Of a stretch of DNA of 25,579 nucleotides, positions 9,404-17,308 are shown in pieces (positions within the stretch are counted from its first letter, which is position 1; the number at the start of each line of letters is the position of its first letter). The notes under the pieces are model-generated. The model ran no database searches and was not told where the DNA came from. It worked only from the letters and a program-made list of their open reading frames with translations. The DNA is taken from positions 1-25,579 of the forward strand of contig JAZRTD010000175.1 in the NCBI GenBank assembly GCA_045651845.1, read 5' to 3'. The stretch is from Clostridia bacterium (GTDB taxonomy: Bacteria; Bacillota; Clostridia; Monoglobales; Monoglobaceae). A program made the translations under genes and the position numbers.

Positions 9404-9531
9404 ATGAGTGGAATAATTTCATAGGATTTTGATGGAACGCTTACTTATCCAATGCTGTCCACAAATATAAAGAAAGCGATGCCGATTATTGTTTTGAAAA
9501 TCTTACTGATATTTTTGACATAATAAAATAA
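9404..9531 (+). pseudogene. Remnant of a HAD-superfamily hydrolase (nonsense codon plus large internal deletion with frameshift)
   Basis: GGAGG (9393-9397) precedes ATG 9404, reading MSGIIS*DFDGTLTYP (HAD motif I DxDGT right after an in-frame TAG at 9422-9424). A different frame from 9451 reads NAVHKYKESDADYCFENLTDIFDIIK*, resembling a HAD C-terminal tail. Total only 128 nt. Confidence 0.7.
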
Positions 9532-9553
9532 TTTAGATTTATGCCTTATAAGA

Positions 9554-9582
9554 TTGTCTTTTAAAGTTAATTATGATAAAAT
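9554..9582 (+). promoter_or_regulatory. Probable sigma-A promoter of ychF
   Basis: TTGTCT (9554-9559), 17-nt spacer, TG-A-TAAAAT (9574-9582). Confidence 0.55.
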
Positions 9583-9625
9583 AAAATATTATTGGTCTAA
9601 AGATTTATACAAGGAGATATATATT

Positions 9626-10717
9626 ATGAAACTTGGTATAGTTGGACTGCCAAATGTCGGTAAAAGTACACTTTTCAATGCTATAACACAGGCGGGGGCG
9701 GAATCTGCAAATTATCCGTTCTGTACGATTGAGCCTAATGTTGGGACTGTTGCGGTACCCGATGAAAGACTTGATAAGCTTAAAGAAATGTATGACCCTG
9801 AAAAGGTAACTCCTGCTGTAATTGAATTTGTTGATATTGCAGGCTTGGTTAAAGGCGCAAGCCAGGGAGAGGGGCTTGGAAACAAGTTCTTATCTAATAT
9901 CCGTGAGGTTGATGCTATTATCCATGTTGTCCGTGCATTTGAAAACGAAAACATTATTCATGTTGAGGGTAATATTAATCCTATTAGAGACATTGAAACT
10001 ATAAATATGGAGCTTATTTTATCCGACCTTGAAATTCTTGAAAGACGAATTGACAAGAGCAAAAAAGCATTAAAGGGCGGAGATAAAAAATATCAGGTTG
10101 AGATTGATTTTTACGAAAAGTTAAAGAAAAATCTTGAAGACGGATGTACTGCCAGAATGTTTGAATATTCTGATGAGGAACAAGAGCTGCTTAATGAGGT
10201 TTCTTTGCTTACTTTAAAACCAGTAATTTATGCCGCAAATGTTGCCGAAGATGATTATGCAAAAGGTGACAACGCGTTTGTTGAACAAATAAGAGAGTAT
10301 GCCAATAAGGAAAATTCAGCTGTTATGGTTATTTCTGCAAGAATAGAAGAAGAGATTGCAGAACTTGACGCAGATGAAAAACAGATGTTTCTAGAGGAAC
10401 TCGGGGCAACAGAATCAGGGCTTGATAAGCTTATTAAGGCAAGCTATTCGCTTTTAGGTCTTATAAGCTATCTTACAGCAGGTAAACCAGAGGTCAGAGC
10501 TTGGACAATTAAAAAAGGAACAAAAGCTCCTCAGGCGGCTGGGAAAATTCATTCCGATTTTGAACGAGGTTTTATTCGTGCAGAAGTTGTTGCATATAAC
10601 GATTTAATGGAAAACGGAAGTATGGTTGCAGCCAAGGAAAAGGGACTTGTTCGAAGCGAAGGTAAGGAATATATTGTTGAAGATGGAGATATAATATTAT
10701 TTAGATTTAATGTTTAA
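9626..10717 (+). CDS. ychF: Redox-regulated ribosome-binding ATPase YchF (Obg family)
   Basis: MKLGIVGLPNVGKSTLFN, SANYPFCTIEPNVG, DIAGLVKGAS, atypical G4 ANVAE, and TGS C-terminus GDIILFRFNV. Start at ATG 9626 with AAGGAG at 9611-9616, not the ORF-track TTG 9554. Confidence 0.97.
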   Translation: MKLGIVGLPNVGKSTLFNAITQAGAESANYPFCTIEPNVGTVAVPDERLDKLKEMYDPEKVTPAVIEFVDIAGLVKGASQGEGLGNKFLSNIREVDAIIHVVRAFENENIIHVEGNINPIRDIETINMELILSDLEILERRIDKSKKALKGGDKKYQVEIDFYEKLKKNLEDGCTARMFEYSDEEQELLNEVSLLTLKPVIYAANVAEDDYAKGDNAFVEQIREYANKENSAVMVISARIEEEIAELDADEKQMFLEELGATESGLDKLIKASYSLLGLISYLTAGKPEVRAWTIKKGTKAPQAAGKIHSDFERGFIRAEVVAYNDLMENGSMVAAKEKGLVRSEGKEYIVEDGDIILFRFNV

Positions 10718-10740
10718 TCTTTTATTTGGGAGGTTTACTT

Positions 10741-11013
10741 ATGTCATTTACTGAAAATGCTAAAAAAATTTTTACAGAGACTGCCGAAAGTGTTGTTAAA
10801 GCATCGGGGGATATTCTTGAAAATTCAAAAAATAAATATCGTATCTATGACGCTAAAATTGACCTTAAAAAGCTTTTTGAAAAGCTTGGACAGCTTTCAT
10901 ATAATGAATATACAGAGAATACTGATTTATCCTCCGATAAGGAAGAATTATTTATTCAAATCAAAGAACTCGAATTATATATTGAAGAGCTGTCTGAAAA
11001 AGTGAGTAGGTAA
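10741..11013 (+). CDS. Small hypothetical, probably helical/coiled-coil protein (90 aa)
   Basis: GGAGG at about 10729-10733 precedes ATG 10741; fills the ychF-cmk gap in the same orientation; charged helical composition; no motif recognised. Confidence 0.7.
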   Translation: MSFTENAKKIFTETAESVVKASGDILENSKNKYRIYDAKIDLKKLFEKLGQLSYNEYTENTDLSSDKEELFIQIKELELYIEELSEKVSR

Positions 11014-11018
11014 TTAAT

Positions 11019-11693
11019 ATGAAAAATTTTAATATAGCCATAGACGGTCCTGCTGGGGCAGGAAAGAGCTCAATTGCTAAATCTGTTGCTAAAAAACTTG
11101 ATTGCATTTATATAGATACAGGGGCAATGTATCGTTCTGTCGGGGTTTTTGCTTTGCATAATAAAATTGACTTAAAGTCCAGTAATGATATATCTGCTCT
11201 TATTAGTAATATTGAAATGAATATAAAGCTTGAGGATGATGGTCAGCATATTTATATAAATGGCAATGATATGAACTCATTTATCAGAACTCCCGAAGCA
11301 TCTATGGCGGCATCAACAGTTGCTTTAATTCCGGAAGTCAGAATGAAGCTTGTTGATATTCAAAGGGAAATTGCAGAAAATAATAATGTTATTATGGATG
11401 GCCGAGATATTGGAACTTATGTTCTTCCAAATGCTGATATAAAAATATTTTTAACAGCATCAGTTGAGGAACGGGCATCAAGAAGATATAATGAGCTTAT
11501 AGAAAAAGGTGAAAAATGCACTCTTGATGAGGTTATTGCTGATATGATTATTCGGGATAAACAAGATACAGAGCGTGAGTTTGCACCTTTAAAACAAGCA
11601 GAAGACAGCATATTGGTTGATACAACGGGACTTTCATTTGACCAATCAGTTAATAAAGTCATAGAAATTATAGAAATGAGCAAAAAAATATGA
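11019..11693 (+). CDS. cmk: Cytidylate kinase
   Basis: IAIDGPAGAGKSS, YIDTGAMYR, MDGRDIGTYVLPNADIKIFLTAS and RDKQD motifs. Confidence 0.97.
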   Translation: MKNFNIAIDGPAGAGKSSIAKSVAKKLDCIYIDTGAMYRSVGVFALHNKIDLKSSNDISALISNIEMNIKLEDDGQHIYINGNDMNSFIRTPEASMAASTVALIPEVRMKLVDIQREIAENNNVIMDGRDIGTYVLPNADIKIFLTASVEERASRRYNELIEKGEKCTLDEVIADMIIRDKQDTEREFAPLKQAEDSILVDTTGLSFDQSVNKVIEIIEMSKKI

Positions 11694-12304
11694 TACTTTA
11701 TAAAATTGTTTCTTTTTTCTGTTATTTAATGTTAAAGGTTTTGTTTAATTTTAAAATATTGGGAAGAGAAAATATTCCGAAGGACAAAAATTTTATACTT
11801 GTTTCAAACCATACAAGTAATTTTGACCCACCTATACTTGGTGTTGCAACAAATATACGCCTTGCATATATGGCAAAAGAAGAACTGTTTAAAAATAAAA
11901 TTTTTGGCGGACTTATTAAAAAACTTGGCGCTTTCCCTGTAAGCCGAGGAGGCGGAGATATATCCGCTATAAAGACTGCTATTAGGGTTTTAAAAGATGG
12001 TCAGAATATGGTTATTTTCCCAGAAGGGGGAAGAAGCAAAACAAAGGGTATGCTTCGAAAAGGGAAACCGGGAGCTATATTGATTGCAACAAAAGCACGC
12101 GTTGGGATTTTACCTTTGGGAATAGATGCAAATTTTAAATTCAGAGGGAAAGTTACTGTTAAAATTGGAGAATACATAGATTTATCAAGGTATTTTGATG
12201 AAAAGCTTACAGCTGATAAATTGCAGGAAATTACTGATAATATTATTATGCCGGCAATTGCAAATCTTGCAGGAGTGAAAGTTTATGAAAATAAAAATTG
12301 CTGA
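11690..12304 (+). CDS. plsC: 1-acyl-sn-glycerol-3-phosphate acyltransferase
   Basis: Catalytic NHTSNFD (HX4D), AKEELF, GAFPVSR and FPEGGRS; ATGA overlap with cmk. Confidence 0.92.
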   Translation: MILYKIVSFFCYLMLKVLFNFKILGRENIPKDKNFILVSNHTSNFDPPILGVATNIRLAYMAKEELFKNKIFGGLIKKLGAFPVSRGGGDISAIKTAIRVLKDGQNMVIFPEGGRSKTKGMLRKGKPGAILIATKARVGILPLGIDANFKFRGKVTVKIGEYIDLSRYFDEKLTADKLQEITDNIIMPAIANLAGVKVYENKNC

Positions 12305-14561
12305 TAATGCAGGTTTTTGTTTCGGGGTAGGCAGAGCAGTAAATATTGCCTATGAAGCATCAAGAGAAACAACAGATAATCCCACATACACTTACGGGAT
12401 GATTATTCATAATAACGATGTTGTTTCAGAGCTTGAAAGCTTGGGGATAAGCTGTATTGATGATATAAATAGAATTCCCGATAACAGCCGTGTTATTATA
12501 AGAGCTCACGGTATTTCGGAAAGGGAATATAATTTATTAAAAGATAAAAATATCAATATAATTGATGCAACTTGCCCATATGTTAAAAAAATTCATCAGA
12601 TAGTCAAAGAGGAATTTGAAGATAAGCGAAGAATAATAATTATAGGCGATAAAAATCATCCTGAAGTTAAAGGGATAAACGGATGGTGTGAGGATTCTGC
12701 TTTAATTTTGTATGACGATGAAAATTTGACAGAAATTCTTGATTTACCCAAAGATACTCCCGTCAGCCTGGTTACTCAAACAACAATCAGACGGGATTTA
12801 TTAAAAAAATTTGAAAAAATTTTAAAAAAACATTTTACAAATCTGAAAATTTTTGATACAATATGTAATGCAACCTCTTTAAGGCAGGAAAGCGCTTCAG
12901 CTTTAGCCGAGGAATGTGATGCAGTATTTGTTCTTGGAAGTCCTTCCAGTTCAAATACCCAAAAACTTTTTGAAGTATGCAGGGAAAAATGTCCTGATAC
13001 ATTCAAAATTGAAAATGCAAAAGAATTAAATAAATATATAAAAACTTTAAACAAAAAAAACCAAGTAGGGATTACCGCCGGAGCATCCACTCCGGATAAG
13101 GTAATTAAGGAGGCAAATTTAACCATGGCGGAAATTACAAATGAAATGAACTTTGCGGAAGCATTGGAGGAGACTTTAAAGCCCCTCAACACAGGTGACA
13201 TCGTAAAAGGTGTTGTTATTGGTATCACACCAACAGAAGTGCAGGTTGATATTGATGGTAAATACGACGGAGTTATTCCGATTGATGAACTTTCAAATGA
13301 ACCTATAAGTGATGCATCAAAGATAGTTAAAATTGGTGATGAAGTTAATGTTTTCGTTGTTCATGTAAGCGACAGAGACGGCGTTGTTACCCTTTCAAAG
13401 AAGAAGATTGATGCTGATAAAGGGGTAAAAGAACTTGAGGCTGATTTTGAGGCTAAAACTGTATTAAACGGACGAATTGTTGAAATTGTTAAAGGCGGAG
13501 TTGTTACAATCGCAAAAGGTGTTAGAGTATTTATTCCTGCATCTGAAGCTGCTGAAAGATTTATTGATGATTTAGGTTCCCTTTTAAATACAGAAGTGTC
13601 ATTCAGAATTATAAAGATGGACAGAGACAGAAGAGGTCGTCTCAGAGTTGTTGGTTCCATCAAATCTGTTGCTAAAGAAATTTCTGCTAAAAAAGCTGAA
13701 GAATTCTGGGCAAGCGCTGAAGAAAGAAAAGCATATACAGGTACTGTTAAAATGCTTACAAATTTCGGTGCATTTGTTGACCTTGGCGGGGTTGATGGTC
13801 TTATCCATATTTCAGAACTTTCTGATATGAGAATTAAGCATCCATCCGAAGTTATCAGCGTTGGTGATAGCATAGATGTATTCATTAAAGCTCTTGACAA
13901 GGAAAACGGAAAAGTTTCTTTGGTTAAGGAATTCAAGGAAGATAAAAGAGCTGCTTTCTGGGCAGGAGCTGAAGTTGGCAAAAAATACAATGGTGTTGTT
14001 AAATCTCTTACAAACTTCGGTGCATTCGTTGATATCGGCGGTGTAGACGGTCTTGTTCATATTTCAGAGCTTTCTTGGAACAGAATTAAGCATCCATCTG
14101 AAGTTATCAGCGTTGGCGATACTATTGAAGTATATATCAAAGAGCTTGATAAAGAAACAAATAAGATTTCTCTTGGATATAAAAAAGAAGAAGATAGCCC
14201 ATGGCTCAAGGGAACAAAGGATTTAAATGTTGGCGATACAGTTAAATGTAAGATTGTAAGAATTCTTCCGTTTGGCGCATTCGCTGAAATTGCTCCTTTT
14301 GTTGACGGTCTTATTCATATTTCCCAGATTTCAAACGAAAGAATTGCAAAACCATCTGATGCACTTTCAATTGGTGATGAAGTTGATGCGAAAATTCTTG
14401 AAATCAACAATGATACTAAGCAGATTGCTCTTTCTATAAAAGCTTTGCTTCCTGAAGCTGTTGTTGAAGAGGTTGAAGTTGAGGAAGCTTCAGAATCATA
14501 CACAGAAGATGTATCTTTCACACTTGGAGATACATTAGGTGATATTCTCGACGCAGAATAA
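12285..14561 (+). CDS. ispH-rpsA: Bifunctional 4-hydroxy-3-methylbut-2-enyl diphosphate reductase / ribosomal protein S1 fusion
   Basis: Residues 1-280 show IspH motifs (AGFCFGV, IDATCPYV, DTICNAT, GITAGASTPD, three Fe-S Cys). Residues 281-758 carry five S1 domains (e.g. FGAFVDIGGVDGLVHISELSW). AGGAG RBS at 12271-12275. Confidence 0.95.
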   Translation: MKIKIADNAGFCFGVGRAVNIAYEASRETTDNPTYTYGMIIHNNDVVSELESLGISCIDDINRIPDNSRVIIRAHGISEREYNLLKDKNINIIDATCPYVKKIHQIVKEEFEDKRRIIIIGDKNHPEVKGINGWCEDSALILYDDENLTEILDLPKDTPVSLVTQTTIRRDLLKKFEKILKKHFTNLKIFDTICNATSLRQESASALAEECDAVFVLGSPSSSNTQKLFEVCREKCPDTFKIENAKELNKYIKTLNKKNQVGITAGASTPDKVIKEANLTMAEITNEMNFAEALEETLKPLNTGDIVKGVVIGITPTEVQVDIDGKYDGVIPIDELSNEPISDASKIVKIGDEVNVFVVHVSDRDGVVTLSKKKIDADKGVKELEADFEAKTVLNGRIVEIVKGGVVTIAKGVRVFIPASEAAERFIDDLGSLLNTEVSFRIIKMDRDRRGRLRVVGSIKSVAKEISAKKAEEFWASAEERKAYTGTVKMLTNFGAFVDLGGVDGLIHISELSDMRIKHPSEVISVGDSIDVFIKALDKENGKVSLVKEFKEDKRAAFWAGAEVGKKYNGVVKSLTNFGAFVDIGGVDGLVHISELSWNRIKHPSEVISVGDTIEVYIKELDKETNKISLGYKKEEDSPWLKGTKDLNVGDTVKCKIVRILPFGAFAEIAPFVDGLIHISQISNERIAKPSDALSIGDEVDAKILEINNDTKQIALSIKALLPEAVVEEVEVEEASESYTEDVSFTLGDTLGDILDAE
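13107..13127 (+). promoter_or_regulatory. Candidate internal ribosome-binding site and ATG for stand-alone S1
   Basis: AAGGAGG (13107-13113), 11 nt, in-frame ATG 13125 (Met281) at the IspH/S1 boundary. Confidence 0.6.
13674..14177 (+). repeat. Tandem 252-nt (84-codon) duplication of the third S1 domain
   Basis: Constant 252-nt offset between copies. Core 13755-13868 vs 14007-14120 matches at 96/114 nt and 34/38 aa (hand alignment). Confidence 0.9.
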
Positions 14562-14572
14562 TGTTTATTACG

Positions 14573-14607
14573 ATAGGTTGCGGCAATTTCTTTGCTGCAA
14601 CCTATTT
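14573..14607 (+). terminator. Terminator-like hairpin between ispH-rpsA and murD
   Basis: ATAGGTTGCGGCAA-TTTCT-TTGCTGCAACCTAT, a 14-bp stem with one G-U pair, but only a short T tail. Confidence 0.65.
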
Positions 14608-14626
14608 AAATAAGAGGTGTTTTATT

Positions 14627-16009
14627 TTGAATTTAATTGATTTAAAAAAAGAAGTGTCAGGAAAAAATGTTTCGGTTATCGGAATTGGGGTCAGTAATAT
14701 TCCGCTTATAAAACTGCTTTCTTCGTTGGGAGCAAAAATTATTGCCCACGATAAAAGAAATAAGGAAGAATTAGGTGAAACTTATGATGATCTAAATGCT
14801 CTTGGGGTCAAGTTTGCTTTGGGAGACGATTATTTAGAGCGAATTCCTGATGATGTAGATTTTATATTTAAAACACCGGGAATCAGGTGTGATAAACCTG
14901 AAATCTTTGATAAAATAAAAAAAGGGGCAAAACTTTCATCGGAAATGAATTTATTTTTTGACTTATGCCCTGTCCCGATTATTGCAGTTACAGGAAGTGA
15001 TGGAAAAACAACAACTACAACTCTGATTTCGGAATTATTTAAAAAAGAAGGCTATGTTTGTCATATTGGCGGAAATATCGGAACTCCCCTTGTTGACACA
15101 ACTGAAAATATTAATGAAAATGATAAAGTTGTTCTGGAGCTTTCCAGTTTTCAGCTCCATACAATGACTAAAACTCCGCATATTGCGGTTATTACCAATG
15201 TTACTCCAAATCATCTTGATTGGCATACAGACCTTAAAGAATACGAAGATGCAAAGAAAAATATTTTTTTAAATCAAACAGAATTAGATTTAACTGTTTT
15301 GAATTACGATAACGATGTTACCCGTTCATTTGCTCCACTTACAAAAAATTACATATTTTTTAGCAGACAAAATGAACTTGATAACGGAATTTGTTTAAAC
15401 GAAAACTACATTGTTTTAAAAGAAAACGGCGAAATAAAAGAAACAATTTTAGATATAAATAAAATTAAAATCCCGGGTCTCCATAATATTGAGAATTATA
15501 TGGCTGCAATTGCCGCAACACTGGGAATGGTTTCTATTGATACAATAAGATATGTTGCTGAAAATTTTGGCGGTGTTCAGCATAGAATTGAGCTTGTCAG
15601 AGAGCTTAACGGAGTTAAATATTATAATGACTCAATAGCAAGCACTCCGGCAAGAACAACCGCAGGACTTATATCCTTTGGAGATAAAAAAGTTATACTT
15701 ATCGCCGGAGGATATGATAAAAAAATCCCTTTTGACGGATTTGGCGAAGTTATAAACAAACATGTAAAAAAACTGATTTTAATTGGTGCAACAGCCTCAA
15801 AAATTGAAAATGAGGTTAAAAATTCTGATAGTTATACTGACCTGCCTATATATATGGTAAAAAGCTTTGAAAATGCAGTTTTAACTGCAAAAGATATAGC
15901 AGAGGAGAACGATATTGTCATTTTATCGCCTGCCTGTGCAAGCTTTGATTTATTTAAAAATTTTGAAGAGAGAGGTAATGTATTTAAAGATTTAGTAAAC
16001 AGTCTTTAA
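14627..16009 (+). CDS. murD: UDP-N-acetylmuramoyl-L-alanine--D-glutamate ligase
   Basis: VTGSDGKTTTT, GGNIG, LELSSFQL, NVTPNHLD, YNDSIAST, IAGGYDK and SPACASFDLFKNFEERG. Start TTG 14627 with AGAGGTG upstream; the ORF-track start 14561 runs through the hairpin. Confidence 0.95.
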   Translation: MNLIDLKKEVSGKNVSVIGIGVSNIPLIKLLSSLGAKIIAHDKRNKEELGETYDDLNALGVKFALGDDYLERIPDDVDFIFKTPGIRCDKPEIFDKIKKGAKLSSEMNLFFDLCPVPIIAVTGSDGKTTTTTLISELFKKEGYVCHIGGNIGTPLVDTTENINENDKVVLELSSFQLHTMTKTPHIAVITNVTPNHLDWHTDLKEYEDAKKNIFLNQTELDLTVLNYDNDVTRSFAPLTKNYIFFSRQNELDNGICLNENYIVLKENGEIKETILDINKIKIPGLHNIENYMAAIAATLGMVSIDTIRYVAENFGGVQHRIELVRELNGVKYYNDSIASTPARTTAGLISFGDKKVILIAGGYDKKIPFDGFGEVINKHVKKLILIGATASKIENEVKNSDSYTDLPIYMVKSFENAVLTAKDIAEENDIVILSPACASFDLFKNFEERGNVFKDLVNSL

Positions 16010-16019
16010 ATAAAATATT

Positions 16020-17297
16020 ATGTCAGCAATTATTTCAAAAGTTTACCCTCAAAGTCTTGCTGATTGTGCAGGACTTAAGAGCGGAGATAAAATTGAATAT
16101 ATAAACGGAAGAGAAATCGTAGATTATCTTGATTATATGTATCTTTCCGCAAATGATAAAATAGAGATTTCTTTATCTGACGGACGGAATATAAATATTT
16201 CAAATCCTGACTATGAACCCCTTGGAATAGAATTTGAAACATTGCTTATCGATAAACCGAAATCCTGTCTTAATAAGTGTGTATTTTGTTTTATAGACCA
16301 GCTTCCTCCCAATATGAGGGAAAGTTGCTATTTTAAGGACGATGATTACCGCTTGTCTTTTCTTCAGGGAAATTATGTTACCTTAACCAATATGTCCGAT
16401 AAAGATTTAGACAGAATAATTGAATATAATTTACCCCGTATAAATATTTCGGTTCATACCACAAACCCTGAACTTAGAAGGAAAATGCTTAATAATAAAA
16501 ATGCAGGGAAGATAATGGAGCAAATTCAAAAACTTGCCTCAGGCGGACTCAATATGAACTGCCAGATTGTTTTATGTCCCGGCTATAATGACGCAGATGA
16601 GCTTGAAAAAACCATTGAAGATTTAGGAAAGTTTTGTTTTGAGATAGAAAGCGTTTCCATTGTTCCTGTTGGAATATCCGATTTTCGTGAAAATTTGCCG
16701 AAGATGCATTCTTTTGATGAAGAAAGTGCCAGAACGCTTATAAAGCAAGTTGAGAAATGGCAAAAATATTTTTATGACAGGGTTGGCACTAATTTTATTT
16801 ATTTAAGCGACGAATTTTATATTACGGCAAATATGCCTATTCCGGACTCTGATAGTTATTATGGATTTCCACAGATTGAAAATGGGGTAGGACTTTGCGC
16901 TTCTTTAAGAGACGAATTTAACGACGCTTTATCAAAAAGCGAAACAAATGCTGTTAAAACCGAAAAATCCATCGCAACAGGTGCTATTTCCTATGAGTTT
17001 ATTAAAAGTCTTACGGAAAAATTAAGCGGTGAGAAAATCCATATATATAAAATAGAAAATAACTTTTTTGGAAAGAAGATTACAGTTACAGGTCTTATAA
17101 CAGGCAAAGACCTTATAAATCAGCTAAAGGGAAAGAATCTTGGGAAAAAGCTTATTCTTTCAAAATCAATGTTTAAACACGATGAAGAAATATTTTTGGA
17201 TAATACAACTCTTGACGAAGTCAGAAATGAATTAGGTATTGAAATTGTATTAAATGACAATGACGGCTATCAGTTACTTGATACGCTATTGGATTAG
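16020..17297 (+). CDS. DUF512-family radical-SAM protein with N-terminal PDZ-like segment
   Basis: CxxxCxxC at C83/C87/C90 in CLNKCVFCFIDQLP, then KDDDYRLSFLQGNYVTLTN, QIVLCPGYND, QIENGVG and ITVTGLITGKD; directly upstream of der. RBS is weak. Confidence 0.88.
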   Translation: MSAIISKVYPQSLADCAGLKSGDKIEYINGREIVDYLDYMYLSANDKIEISLSDGRNINISNPDYEPLGIEFETLLIDKPKSCLNKCVFCFIDQLPPNMRESCYFKDDDYRLSFLQGNYVTLTNMSDKDLDRIIEYNLPRINISVHTTNPELRRKMLNNKNAGKIMEQIQKLASGGLNMNCQIVLCPGYNDADELEKTIEDLGKFCFEIESVSIVPVGISDFRENLPKMHSFDEESARTLIKQVEKWQKYFYDRVGTNFIYLSDEFYITANMPIPDSDSYYGFPQIENGVGLCASLRDEFNDALSKSETNAVKTEKSIATGAISYEFIKSLTEKLSGEKIHIYKIENNFFGKKITVTGLITGKDLINQLKGKNLGKKLILSKSMFKHDEEIFLDNTTLDEVRNELGIEIVLNDNDGYQLLDTLLD

Positions 17298-17308
17298 GAG
17301 GGAATTAA

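Noticed and set aside
9515-9543. TTGACA at 9515-9520 as a ychF promoter
   Set aside because: The hexamer 17 nt downstream is TTTATG, a poor -10, and the TTGACA is explained by the F-D-I codons of the pseudogene tail.
9286-9625. glmS ribozyme, c-di-AMP riboswitch or sRNA in the largest intergenic gap after glmM
   Set aside because: No glmS follows, no riboswitch-like structure is visible, and the gap is explained by a terminator, two promoters and the HAD remnant.
12776-14521. Long antisense ORFs over ispH-rpsA (12776-13228, 13361-13990 of 209 aa, 14315-14521)
   Set aside because: Ser/Thr/Phe-rich mirror translations typical of the reverse strand of a strongly codon-biased gene; no RBS or motif recognised.
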